Notes: generated from the letters alone by a model not told the origin. Positions 43,321-57,367 are shown, counted from the first letter of the stretch. The stretch is DNA of 64,000 nucleotides from Octopus vulgaris (GCA_951406725.2 OX597828.1:67642001-67706000), one strand, 5' to 3'. Made by a program: numbers and translations.

Positions 43321-45232
43321 CCTGCCTCTCAGAGGCAGGGAAAAGCCGCAACCACCACTTCCCACCAGCTACACTTCAAAAAATAATCTCCATAGTAAAG
43401 TGTCTCATGTCCAGACGCTACAAATATAGGATGGTCACAGCTGGAACAACTTTGATCATAAGTCTGTTAAACGAGGGCAGACCATGGACTGAACAACCGA
43501 AATTCAATCTATTGAGTGGGGTGGATATTGATAATTTTAAAATAAGTTTTCATTAAGTACACAACACTGCTGACCTAAATTGTATGTTGCTATAATTACA
43601 AACTGAAATTAATTTAATTTATTATATTATTAAGTTTCATCCCTGGCGGTGGGAGGAGGCGGTGATGGTCGTGGGTGGATTGAGGGAGTTAAGGCCTTTA
43701 ATGTACTCTCATTACGTTCTATGTTAGAATCCAACCAAGGGCTGTCTTTGACTCTTATCTTTCCAGGATCAATAAAATAAACAGCAATCGAATACTGGGG
43801 TCTAGAATTCTTTGCATAATGAGATCCACAACCCACCTCCACTCCAGTGCACCCTTTTTAATTAATTTTGTCTTTCATCTTACGGATGTGACGGGGCTGA
43901 TGAATATCCAGTGTTGATCCAATTATCCTTATCCGCGTCTCCCACCACTCGTCGCCCTCGACAAATATGGAGCTGTGTGTTAAACAGGGGAGTCTATAGC
44001 AAACATATCTGAGGTTTACAACTGACCAAATTACATGTGAAATAGAATCGTTTTAGATGAATTAAAAACCAATTTATTAATGCGTGCACTCTTTAACTTT
44101 CTCTCAAGCTCTGTTTACCATATGAAATTAAATAATTTGCTATGTAATTAATTAGTACATCCGAGATCAACAGAAATGCTAGAGTAACGGATATTCGCAC
44201 CTTACAGTGTGCAGTTAAGAGTTCGCTTCGCTAGTCATAAAGTTTGCGTTCGATTCCATTGTATTGCACCTTGGGTAATCGCCTTCAACTCGAACTTTGT
44301 GGAGAGACGATGGCAGAAGAAAACTGTGTTGAAACCCTTGCGTGAATTTTATGTTTTGATAGGTGGTTGACATAATCTATTACCCACTTTAATAACACTA
44401 CCTGATGTTGAATATCTTTAGCTCAGTCGGTTCTTCGTAAACAAGCCTCCACTATCTTCCGCCATTCTTGTTTAACTAAAACATTAAAATGAGATCCCGA
44501 GTTCTAATCTAACCATCGATTTCCCCAAGTCGACTTATATTTGAAGCCAATTCAGTACCAGACATATATTGGGGTGGATTCACTTCATTATACTCTTCTG
44601 CTACAAATTTCTTGTCCTACACCAAAGTCACAAATCTTTATTAAATTTCATTCATTGCAAAGACAGGTTTTTTTAAACAATTTAATATATTTTAGCCAAT
44701 TAATTTTCTATGTTTCATCAACTGTTCATATGTTTGTAAATAGTATGAAAAAATTAATCATCATCAAGTTAATTACCATAATGTATTCTGAGATTGAGGG
44801 AGAATGTTAGAAGAGTAATAAAATATATAGGGGCCATATTGAAGGTGAGTATTAAGAGAAGAGTACCAGAAAATACGGTTATATTTGGGAAAACAGTAAT
44901 AGAATATTTGACTATATATTAAGGGAGAGTATTAGAGATGGGGTACCAAGCTATACTACACTGAGTCATTAGTGAGAGTATATGAAGCATCGGAGTATAC
45001 AACCATGAGTCACTTTAACGTAACGTAAGTATCAAATCTTCGTGGCGGCTAAACATAAGCAGTAACATAAAAAGCGTCCTTCATTGTGTAACATTACAAT
45101 CTGCCCTTCAACAGTCCCAGCACAATCACAGACCTACTAAAGTAGCGGACTATAACACTCTACTTATGAACAACGCACCGCTAAAAACCTTCGGCTCACT
45201 CTAAATGCTTAAGGTTTCAGTCTGTGATGATT

Positions 45233-45289
<57 letters not shown>

Positions 45290-45294
<5 letters not shown>

Positions 45295-45860
45295 GCCCCA
45301 AGGTGACTGAACTCTGGGCTTATGTCGAACACCTGCTGTCGCATTCGAGAAGAGTACAACTGTCGAGCGAATCTGTAATTAAGATAGTTACGCCGACTTC
45401 CCGGAATAGGGAGGAGCGAGCCTGTTTTCTCTCGGTAGTTGCTATGGCGAAAGAAGTAGTATGGAAGACGAGAGTAAAAGGAATTGCAACAGGCATGTTA
45501 ATCTCCAGTCTTGAGCTAATCGACTTTTTCGTTTTCCACATGAAACGGAAAATAAGTCTGGAGAAGAAATGCCTATCGCAAAGTGTGTTTCGTAAAAGAT
45601 GGAAGTCTATTGCAAGTATGTTGCGAGTGAAAGAACCAGTTTAAACGAGAATGTAAAAAAGGAGAAAGCAAAGTCTTCAGTGTGAGTATGTGGTTTGTGG
45701 GGTCAATCGCGTCCTCCGCTTAATTTTTTGTTAATCACTCATTCTCATTTAATTGTATATATTTTAATTGTTTGTTTATTCATACGTTTCGTTTCATTCG
45801 ATACCCTGACCCCAACGTTTGTTTTGTCCCCTCTTTTTCTAAACCTTATGGTGAATAAAG

Positions 45861-45865
<5 letters not shown>
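45290..45865 (+). mobile_element. Tx1/L1-clade LINE 3' fragment (ORF2 C-terminus + 3' UTR)
   Basis: QCPKVTELWAYVEHLL..AMAKEVVWKTR..FRKRW (post-RT zinc-binding region), followed by a UTR ending gtcccctc..aataaagaaata. (TC)n on both sides. Confidence 0.82.
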
Positions 45866-45924
<59 letters not shown>

Positions 45925-46169
45925 ACTGGTCTTTTATACGACATTGTCAAAACTTTGAAGGAACGTTGCTGATAGGAAATTGTGTAGAAGCCGTTGCATG
46001 AATTCTATGTTTTGATAGGTGGTAGATAGGTGTCCAGTTTAATAACCCCACCTGATAACACCACATACACACGTGCATGTGTGTATTTGTGTGTGCGTGT
46101 TTATGTATGTGTGAGCGCGTGCACACACACGCACAACTATATATTATGTGTACATATACACATACATAC

Positions 46170-46840
46170 ATGATGGCTGCCCCCTCGTTATCGAGTATGG
46201 CCATTGCACGAAGCTTAACTGTTATTGGTGCTGTGATCGATTGTGACTTTTATTTGCTTTGTAAGACTACAGCCAACCATTCAGTTGAGACTCACAGCCC
46301 CATCAACAATCATGAACAATGTTGCTATCGTGCAATGCCTGTGCAAGACGATGTTTTTAAAGTGAGGAAAGGCTGTGCACTGAGTCAATCCCACTCACTA
46401 AGCAACAGCAGCCATAATCCGAAAAGAAGAACAAGTCAACATCATCGGTAACCACTGAGCCGCAGGTTTTATGTCGGAGTTATCCCAGTTACCTGAGTTA
46501 CCTTCTCCTAGAAGGATGCCCTAACAAAGTCTAGGAGTCCTTCACTCCCAATGGTTTAACCGCGCGATCGGGTATTCAGTCCGATTATTTCTATGTCCAC
46601 GTGCATGATACAGCCTTAAGCCGTAAGTGAAAAAAAAATACACATTTATCGGATGGCCGTTGACTCTCAAGAGCTCCTCCGCCCTTTGACGGGTCTTGTT
46701 TTTCATCCCGCAGGGTGTCCAATAATCACCCTCCTAACCAAGCAAGCTTGGTGGGGTTGCCGGTTTAGTCGCCGACAGCCCGACCATGCAACAGGTTGTA
46801 CTGGGTTACATGTTACCAGTAGCACTCGAAAGTAACCTGA
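46170..46840 (-). mobile_element. Non-autonomous RTE-derived element (5' UTR + 3' end, no ORF)
   Basis: Minus strand contains gggcatccttctaggagaaggtaactc (RTE 5'-UTR-like motif) and ends catactcgataacgagggggcagccatc (RTE-like 3' hairpin). Flanked by microsatellites. Confidence 0.5.
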
Positions 46841-46881
46841 CATACATACATACATACATACATACATACATACAAACATAC

Positions 46882-46966
<85 letters not shown>

Positions 46967-46968
<2 letters not shown>

Positions 46969-47850
46969 GAGGTAGGTACGTACATATATGTTTATATATA
47001 TGCATATATTTTATTAACATATTATACGACTAAACGCACGCACCCTATTAAGTAAGATTGTTCTGTTTATCAAGTTCGCCTTGATATTAACTCTCACGCG
47101 ACTCTGCATCTTTCTTTCTTTCTCTCCCATTCCCTTTTTCGTCTTTTTTCCCTCACTTAACTTGTCTCTTCCTCTCTCTCTCCCCCTCACTGTTCTTCAT
47201 GGTCTCCTCGCACCATTCCCCTTCTTCTCTCTCTTCCTCTTGCTCCTCCTCCCCCATTCCCGTCGTCCATCTGCGACGTACTTCCGTCGTAACTGCTATC
47301 CCGTCCTTTTTCGCCTGCCTTCTAAGGCCACTGGTCGACATCTTCCTCTCTCGTCGTCCACTATAATCCAGCGTTTGCAATACTTTTTTCGTCTGGCGTT
47401 AACAGCCCTTCTTATCTTGTTCTCCTTGTCCTGTCTCTCACTGTTATATATTTATTTTTCCACTGTTTATATATATATTTTTTACTGTTTATATGTTTGT
47501 ACTGTCGTTACCGTCTTGCCTTTTTTTTACCCCTCTGCGACAAGATCTCAGAATTTTAATTGATTTGCTTTTCGCGGGAAGGAATTTTTCATTCGAAGTA
47601 TACGTCTCGCTTTTATCCTTCGAAACGTTTAGTAGATGAAACTTTAGCGACTGAAGAAGGGGATTTTTCGTTGTGCTTATTGTCCTGTATTTCCTTTTTT
47701 TGCTTGTCTTGTTCCTTGGTTTGTGTCTATGTTTTTCGTCTCTCTATGTGTTCGACGTCCTTTTGGTGTCCTGTACACATATATGCGTGTATATGTACAT
47801 GTAGAGGTAGGTACGTACATATATGTTTATATATATGCATATATTTTATT

Positions 47851-47857
<7 letters not shown>
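46967..47857 (+). mobile_element. Independent diverged copy of the ~840 bp terminally redundant element
   Basis: ~55 bp direct repeats at 46967-47022 and 47802-47857. Colinear with 33775-34720 with many substitutions. Confidence 0.75.
47601..47664 (+). ncRNA. Permuted hammerhead candidate, second locus
   Basis: tacGTC tcgct ttt atccttc GAAA cgt [17 nt] agcga CTGAAGA aggggat. Confidence 0.7.
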
Positions 47858-47897
<40 letters not shown>

Positions 47898-48100
47898 AAA
47901 TAAGTAACAAGGATATCCAAGGTAGTGTAGTACAATCGTTTCATGTTACATCATTTTATTAAACACTGTATATATATATATACGTATAACTTGGATGTAA
48001 ACATCTATGATGTGACATACTTGAATAATTGTTTAGAGATATCTCTCTCAACATGAAACCAATGGTAGTCTGATTAAGCAACAACGTATATATGTATATG

Positions 48101-48135
<35 letters not shown>

Positions 48136-48728
48136 ATACACAAACATACATATATCTCATATATTTTTATATGTATATACACACGCACACATACACACAC
48201 ATATATGCATACATACACGTGTGTGTGTGTGTACATATTGCATGCGCTCTTTCATTATTACATTTTGATAAAATAATATATTCTGGGCCTCCCCTTCTTC
48301 GGGTTATACTTATCACTATTCGATATTAATATCGCCCATGTATCCTTATCTTTTATTGTTATTGATGTTTTTCGTTTTATTGTTGTTTTTCCCGTTTCGT
48401 TTTATCATATTTTTATATACGTTTGTTGTTTTATTTATTTAATATCTGGCGATATGTAAATATTGCAACTTGGACAACGAAAACATTTTCCTTGTAAACA
48501 ACAATAAATAAATTTTATTGAATTGGTTCGGCAGTGGTAGGTAGGGCGATGGTTTAGAGCGTTGGACAAACTACTTTGCAGTATTTATTCCATCTTTTTA
48601 CGTTCTGAGTTCAAATCCAGTTGAGGTCAAATTTGCTTTCAATTCTGTCAAGGTCGATAAATTAAAGTACTGGAGTTTAATCGACCAGTCTGCATCGAAA
48701 GTTAATAATGGTTAGTAAGCAGAGTAAA

Positions 48729-49310
48729 GGCGGCGAGTTGGCAGAAACGTTAGCACACCGGGCGAAATGCTTAGCACTATTTCATCTGCCGCTACGTTCT
48801 GAGTTCAAATTCAGCCGAGGTCGACTTTGCCTTTCATCCTTTCGGGGTCGATTAAATAAGTACCAGTTACAAACTGAGGTCGATATAATCGACTTAATCC
48901 GTTTGTCTGTCCTTGTTTGTCCTCTCTGTGTTTAGCCCCTTGTAGGTAATAAAGAAATAGGTATTTCGTCTGCCGTTACGTTCTGAGTTCAAATTCCGCC
49001 GAGGTCGACTTTGCCTTTCATCCTTTCGGGGTCGATTACATAAGTACCAGTTACGCACTGAGGTCGATATAGTCGGTTTAATCCGTTTGTCTGTCCATGT
49101 TTGTCCCCTCTGTGTGCAGCCCCGTGTGGGTAGTAAGGAAATTGGCATCTCGTTCGTCTTTATGTTCTGATTTCAAATTCTGCCGAGGCTAACTTTGCCT
49201 TTCATCCTTTCGGATTCGATAAAATAAGTACCAGTTACGCACTTGGGTCGATGTACTCGACTTACCCCTCCCCCGAACTTGCTGGCCTTGTGCCAAAATT
49301 TGAAATCAAT
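48729..49310 (+). mobile_element. SINE family A trimer
   Basis: Head, two young core+tail units, then one old-tail unit. Confidence 0.87.
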
Positions 49311-49619
49311 ATGATACAGTAGTGTTAAGGCGCCGAGTTGGAGAGTCGTTAGCATACCAAGCAAAAAGCTTAGCAGCATTTCGTCCGTCTTTACGATCTC
49401 AGTTCAAATTTCGCGCATGTCAGCATTGCCCTTCATCATTTCAAGGTCGATAAAATAAGTACCAGTTGAGCAATGAGATCGATGTAATCGACTTACACCC
49501 TCCCCCGAAACTACTGGCCTTTTGCCAACATTTGAAACCAATATGGTACAGTAGAGCCGAAGATCATGTAAACCGTGGTATTGTCATAGAAACTGAAGCT
49601 CACACAATTATTTATTTAT

Positions 49620-49843
49620 TTATTGCCCACAGGGAGCTAAACACAGAGGGGACAAACAACGACAGACAAAGGGCTTAAGTCGGTTACATCTACCCCAGTG
49701 CGTAAGTGGTACTTAATTTATCGACCCCGGAAGGATGAAAGGCAAAGTCGACCTCGGTGGAATTTGAACTCAGAACGTAGTGGCGGCCGAAATACCGCTA
49801 AGCATTTCGCCCGACGTGCTAACGGTTCTGCCAGCTCGCAGCC
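49620..49843 (-). mobile_element. SINE family A monomer
   Basis: Full element; approximate TSD tcacaattatt. Confidence 0.85.
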
Positions 49844-50397
49844 CTTCGTCTCACAATTATTATTAGGCAATTGTTTCGGTATTCGTACATGACGTCAGTC
49901 ATAAGTCTACGTGAGTATTAGTGTGTTTAACTGCTCGGCTGTGTCGAGCAGACGAAAGGCTTTGTCGCACACTGACTCAGAGACGTTTACCGAAAGATTG
50001 CCCAATATTATCAATCTGTAATATTATATATAAAACTGCCAACACACACACGAATGCACACACATACACACACACCTATATATAGATATGCATACGCAAA
50101 TATATACATACATGAATATATACACAAATATATAAAGTATATAACCGTGCATCTATGTACATTATAAACACATACACACACACACACACACACAAATAGA
50201 TACACACATACACTAATACATATATATACACACATAGGTGTATACTCTCCTACATGCATCTGTATCAGCATAATCCAAGCGAACAGAGCGGTCATACTGT
50301 GGCTCGATCTACTATGAAATAATAGTTAAATTCTCTTCAAAACAATGGACTCGCGCATATAGAACGTTTTCGTAGATCTTATAGTCGGAGTAAAAAT

Positions 50398-50810
50398 GCG
50401 GTGACCTGAGAGAAACGTTAGCACGTCGGGCGAAATGCTTAGCGGTATTTTGTCTGTCGTTACGTTCTGAGTTCAAATTCCGCCGAGGTCGACTTTGCCT
50501 TTCATCCTTTCGGGGTCGATAAATTAAGTACCAGTTATGCACTGGGGTCGATATAATCGACTTAATCCGTTTGTCTGTCCTTGTTTGTCCTCTCTGTGTT
50601 TAGCCCCTTGTGGGTAGTAAAGAAATAGGTATTTCGTCTGTCGTTACGTTCTGAGTTCAAATTCCGCCGAGGTCGACCTTGCCTTTCATCCTTTCGGGGT
50701 CGATAAATTAAGTACCAGTTACGCACTGGGGTCGATATAATCGACTTGATCCCTTTGTCTGTCGTTGTTTGTCCCCTCTATGTTTAGCCTCTTGTGGGTA
50801 GTAAAGAAAT
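50398..50810 (+). mobile_element. SINE family A dimer
   Basis: Two core+tail units; TSD-like tatagtc(g/t)gagtaaa on both sides. Confidence 0.87.
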
Positions 50811-51115
50811 ATATAGTCTGAGTAAACAAATGATAGATGGCTACGGGTGGAACAGTTTTTAGAATTGAGATACACTCCATGAGAATTGAACCTGCGATTT
50901 ATTCCTGGAAATGTTTCCGTCTTTGTTAAGAGAGGAGACAAAGGACGGTTGCATGTCACAAGTGTACTGTCTTATCCGTCCTCCTCCTCCCATTACTCTT
51001 TACTTCACTTCTATCTCGTCTTTTTCCTTCTTTGTGTCTGCAGCAAAAATTGGGGTTCATTGACACTTTTCTGTCTTCCGCCCGGCCTCCCCCTTTCTCA
51101 TTATTACACATACAA

Positions 51116-51176
<61 letters not shown>

Positions 51177-51882
51177 CATACGCATACATGCGCGCACATA
51201 CACACAGACACACGTACATACTCATACAAACACATACAGACACATACATGCATATACACACGTACACACACACAATCCAATGTGCACATACATGCACAGA
51301 TATATGCACGAAGACACACAGGTTCTAGAGGCGTGAACATACGAAGCAGGTGTACAAATTCGCATATTCAAAGGGTGTATTGTGCTTTTATTTATACGGC
51401 GCCCCACCTTTTAAGTACATAAACGCGCGTGCGCGCACCCAGACATCTACACATACTTGCATGTATACTTACATACATACACACATACATACATACACAC
51501 ATTCATACATACATACATACGTACATACACACATACATACATACATACATACATACATACATACATACATACGTACATACATACATACACACATACATAC
51601 ATGCATACATACATACATACACACATACATACATGCATACATACATACATACACATACATACATACACACATACATACATACATACACATACATATATAC
51701 TTATAAACATACATACATCAGACATGTAAAAGTGCATGTGCACAGTTAGAAAACCTACATTCGCGTAGTTGTACTTTACGCCTACATAGAAATATATATA
51801 CATAGAAATATATATACCCAGACGCAGGCGCGCACGCACGCACGCAAGCGCACATGCATGCATGCATGTATGTATATATATT

Positions 51883-52052
51883 ATTTTACTTGTTTAATTC
51901 ATTTGAATGCGGCCTTGCTGGAGCAGACCCTTTAGTCGAAGAAATCGACCCCAGGACTTCTTTGTAAGTCTAGTACTTATTCTATCAACTTTCGCCGAAC
52001 CGCTAATGTTACGGGGACGTGAACACACTAACATCGGTTGTCAAGCGCTGGT

Positions 52053-52105
<53 letters not shown>

Positions 52106-52228
52106 CGACGGACTTCTTTTAGTTTCTATCTACCAAATCCACTCACAAGGCTATTGTAGAAAACACTTGCCATGGTGCCACACAGTGGGACTGAACCCGG
52201 TGCCCTGTTGTTGGTAAGCAAGCTACAT
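51883..52228 (-). mobile_element. SINE family B
   Basis: Same head/tail. Partial copies also at 52232-52590 and 53110-53330. Confidence 0.8.
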
Positions 52229-52597
52229 AAAATTTTACTTCTTTTAGCCATTAGACTGCGGCCATGCTGGGGCACCATCTTGAAGAATTTTTAGTCGAAT
52301 GGATGGACCTCAGTAGTTTTTTTTCTAAGCATGGTACGTATTCTATTGCTGTCTTTTACCGAACAACTAAGTCACGGGGACTTAAACACCCCAATACTGG
52401 TTATCAAGCGAGGGTGGGAGAGACAAACATACACACACACATATGCAAGCATGGCCGTGTGGTTAAGAAGCTGGGTTTGCAACCACGTTGTTCAGGTTCA
52501 GTCCCCCTGCGTTGCACCTTGCGCAAGTATCTTCCTCTATAGGGCCCGAACCGACCAATGCTTTCTATGGGTAAGGAAGCTCGTTGTGTGTATATGC

Positions 52598-52648
<51 letters not shown>

Positions 52649-52656
52649 TATATATA

Positions 52657-53075
52657 GACGCACAGGTGTGGCTGTGTGGTAGATAGCTTGCTTACCATCC
52701 ACATGGTCCTCGGTTCAGCCCCACTGCGTGGCACCTCGGGCGCGTGTCTTCTACTATAGCCTCGGATCGGCCAAAGCCTTGTGAGTGGATTTCGTAGACG
52801 GAAACTGAAAGAAGCCCGTCATATATATGTACGTATATATATATGTGTGTGTGTGTGTATGTGTGTGTATTTGTGTGTCTGTGTTTGTCCCCCCCCCCCA
52901 ACATCGCTTGACAACCGATGCTGGTGAGTTTACGTCCTCGTAACTTAGCGGTTCGGCAAAAGAAGCTGATAGAATAAGTACGAGGCTTACAAAGAAAGAG
53001 TCCTGGGGGTCGATTTCCTCGACTAAAGGCGGTGCTCCAGCATGGCCGCAGTCAAATGACAGAATCAAATAAAAG
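52657..53075 (+). mobile_element. SINE family B
   Basis: Full head, internal (TA)/(TG)n, tail. Confidence 0.85.
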
Positions 53076-53467
53076 AGTATACTAGTCAACGTGTTCGTTT
53101 GTTTCTTTTGTATTTGCGTTTGTCACGCCCCCCCCCCACCGCTCGACAAGCGGTGTTTGTTTGTTAACGTCCCCGTTACTTAACAAAAGACAAAGTTAGA
53201 ATAAGCACTAGACTTTAAAAAATAATACCGTAAGTACTGAGGTCGATTTCTTCGCCTAAAAACCCTTCAAAGCGATGCCCCAGCATGGCCTCAGTCCAAG
53301 GACTGAAGGAAGGAATAAATGGAAGATAAAAGAGGGAGGACGGAGACTAATTCTCAAAAAGAACAGAAATCAGTTGTATAAATAATGTGTGTGTTTTTGT
53401 ATGCGGACGCACGCACACGTACAACTAAAAAGATTTCACTTTTACAATGTTGTTATAGTCAGTTTCT

Positions 53468-54071
53468 TATTTCTTTATTACCCACAAGGGGCTAAACACA
53501 GAGGAGACAAACAAGGACAGACAAACGGATTAAGTCGATTATATCGACCCCAGTGCGTAACTGGTCCTTAATTTATCGACCTGAAAGGATGAAAGGCAAA
53601 GTCGACTTCGGTGAAATTTGAACTCAGAACGTAACGGCAGACGAAATACCTATTTCTATTTCTTTATTACCCACAAGGGGCTAAACACAGAGGGAACAAA
53701 CAAGGACAGACATAGGTATTAAGTCGATTACATCGACCCCAGTGCGTAACTGGTACTTAATTTATCGACCCCGAAAGGATGAAAGGCAAAGTCGACCTCG
53801 GTGAAATTTGAACTCAGAACGTAACGGCAGACGAAATACCTATTTCTTTATTACCCACAAGGGGCTAAACACAGAGGGGACAAACAAGGACAGACATAGG
53901 TATTAAGTCGATTACATCGACCCCAGTGCGTAACTGGTACTTAATTTATCGACCCCGAAAGGATGAAAGGCAAAGTCGACCTCGGCGGAATTTGAACTCA
54001 GAACGTAGCGGCAGACGAAATACCGCTACGCATTTCACCCAACGTGCTAAGGTTTCTGCCAGCTCGCCGCC
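53468..54071 (-). mobile_element. SINE family A trimer
   Basis: Three ~185 bp core+tail units with one head. Confidence 0.9.
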
Positions 54072-55004
54072 TTGTTTCTTCTCTCTCCATAAGTCAACCA
54101 CCGGACCGCGGGTCATTTGGGACCAGGCCGCACACGGAAAAATTAATTTTATTTCTATTTTATTCACCATTCAGTCAACAAGTGTTTTCCGTTAAGTATG
54201 GATTATATGTGCCCACGCGTGTGTGTGTGGTTTATGGTATGTGTGTGTGTGTGTGTATGTGTGTGTGTGTCTGCGTGTGTGTGTGCGTGCGGGTGTGTAC
54301 GGATCGATGGATTATATGTGTATGTATTATATATGTAACAATTAAGTCATATATCATGCACTTTGTAGATCGTCCGGTCCGTGGAAAAATTGTCTTGCAT
54401 GAAACCGGTCTGTTGATGAAAATGTTTGGAAAGCGCTGCTTTACAACATGTCCAGATGTTTCAACTCTGTGTACATATGTGATTAACCCCCAACATCACC
54501 TCCTCTGCCCTTAATAACTAAATCATTAATAACCCGGAATGGTTTTAGAAATATACGGCTTTATTAATTGATTCAATTCATCAATCTATTAAATTCATAA
54601 ATTAATTAGATTATTAATTCTTAATATAATTTTTAAAATTTATGAATGCACTTGCATAATTTCTTTAAACCCCACATCGACTTTTAGAAAATCCGACACT
54701 CCAAAATTAATATTTTGTTCTTATATAAATGCTCAATAACCTAGTTGCTTGCTCACTTATCGACCTTTCGTGCTGTTCCCCACGCCTCGACATACGGCAA
54801 TAACTCTTTGCTAAGCCAACAACACTAACAAATCTTGTAATATTTCAGCAGTTGACGCCGACCTCGAAAGCTGGAGGGAAAAATTTTACCGCCTTCAAAT
54901 TTAATTTCACTCTCTCAGCATCCATTACCTCCGGCATCTATTACCGTTATTGTTCTCTCATTTTATTTCCCACGTTCTTCAGTTATTTTAATTTTTATTC
55001 CTCA

Positions 55005-55392
<388 letters not shown>

Positions 55393-55850
55393 GAATGAGA
55401 GAGCAGTGCATGCCATCAAAGTGACACTGGGTTAAAATATACGAAGCCCAATATAACCATAACTACCCGTCTGATAAGGGTACACCAGCATCACAACCAT
55501 GTGTGCGCAACATGTTGATCTTATATCAAGATAAACAGCACATGACCTTGCAGGTGGGACCCAATTAGAATTTTCTTCTGGTCGAGTAGCCCATCCTGCT
55601 CAAAAGGTCCCTGAATAAGGGTTGCTTTTGAATGTTGAACGAAACACTCATGTTTCCAGAGGTGAATTATCCAAACCCCAAAGAATCCCTCTCAACACAT
55701 GGTTATGATGCTCCCCCACTACTTCTGCTCGTGATCAGAGATGCACATATCGTCAGCCACTAAGGGACATGCTCAACTTGTTAAGGTCAAACAACTGACA
55801 AGCAAATATGTGGTACTGAGCAGAATATTTGCTGTAGCCCATCTTTTATA
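55393..55850 (-). mobile_element. Unclassified interspersed repeat abutting a long (TTA)n array
   Basis: Complex GC-richer block whose minus-strand 3' end runs into (TAA)n, typical of a retroelement tail. Family not assigned. Confidence 0.35.
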
Positions 55851-56099
55851 ACACATTTCCTTGATTTCCTCATCTCTCTTCTCTTCCTCTGTGTTCTCTT
55901 TATCCGTTTCCTTCTACTTCGATCCACCACTTCTCGAGGCCTCATCCTGACCTTTCCTCCTTTGAAACGATATAGGAACATTCCGTGCGGTAGTACGAGC
56001 AATCTTCTCCACAGAAACGAAAGTTGAAACAGCTGACCAAGCTGTAAGGAGAAAAATAAACCAAATGTGTGTGTGTGAGTATTATATTTGTATAAGTTT

Positions 56100-56318
56100 G
56101 GAGGCGAGCTGGCAGAAACGTTAGCACGCCGAACGAAATGCTTGGCGGTATTTCGTCTGTCGTTACGTTCTGAGTTCAAATTCCACCGAGGTCGACTTTG
56201 CCTTTCATCCTTTCGGGGTCGATAAATTAAGTACCAGTTATACACTGGGGTCGATGCAATCGACTTAATCCCTTTGTCTGTCCTTGTTTGTCCCCTCTAT
56301 GTTTAGCAGTAAAGAAAT
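56100..56318 (+). mobile_element. SINE family A monomer
   Basis: TSD tatatttgtataagttt on both sides. Confidence 0.87.
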
Positions 56319-56964
56319 ATATATATTTGTATAAGTTTTGTCTGTGGTCCTGTCTGTCCCATCGTAACTTAGTGGTTTATAAATAAAATAATTACCATGC
56401 AGTAAAAGAAATAAAGGGGCTGTTATGATAGTAAAAAACCTTCCAAGGGCGTTGCCCCTGCAAAGCTATTACAATGACTGGAATCCCTAAAAGGATCATC
56501 TACACGATACAAGACGAACACAGACAGACATCACAACCTCAGCCCTACCACCCCAACCACCGCTCTATTGCATGTATCAGCGAATGATTCACACAGAGAC
56601 AGCGGAATATCTGCAGCACGGTCAATGACCAGGCTTGTCAGAATTTGAATAAATTACCTTACTTGTGTAACTTTTGTTTGCACACACGGGCCTGTGGAAA
56701 TAGATAAAATCTCCCTCTCTCTCCCTCTCTCCCTTTCTCCCTTTTCTCTCGCTCTCTATTTCTTTTTCTCTCCTTCGTTCTCCTCCTCCTCCTCCTCCTC
56801 CTCCTCTCTCTTCTACTCACAGTTACATGTTCACAGACACACACACCCACATATACACACACATATGCATAACACGAATACGTATGTATATGAGTACGCC
56901 TGTTAAGATGCATCGGGTCACACTGTTATTTCTTCAAGTGTTTGTACTTTTGCTTGCATATGAA

Positions 56965-57004
<40 letters not shown>

Positions 57005-57367
57005 ATTTATGTGTATGTGTATATTGACATGCGTGTTGTGTGTGTGTGTATGTATGTATGTGTATAAACATGCGTATATATCTGTTTAAATATGTCTACG
57101 TGAGCACTTACAAGTGTGCATTTCTGTTGAGAAAAGGCGGTGGGTTGAGAGAATCGTTAAAGTGGCGGTGAAATGTTTTACGTTCCTCAACGTTCTGAGT
57201 TCAAATTGTGTCGACGTGAACGTAACATTTTGTTTCTTGCGTAGTCGATAAAATAAAATGCCAATCAAGTACTGGAAACGATTTGATATTCCTAGAACGC
57301 ATCTAATGTGTGAATGCAATTATAATACAGGCCTAAAACTAAAGCGTATCTAATACACTATGAATAT

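Noticed and set aside
53468-54071. CRISPR-like array
   Set aside because: Units are ~185 bp SINE bodies with no unique spacers; eukaryotic context, no cas genes
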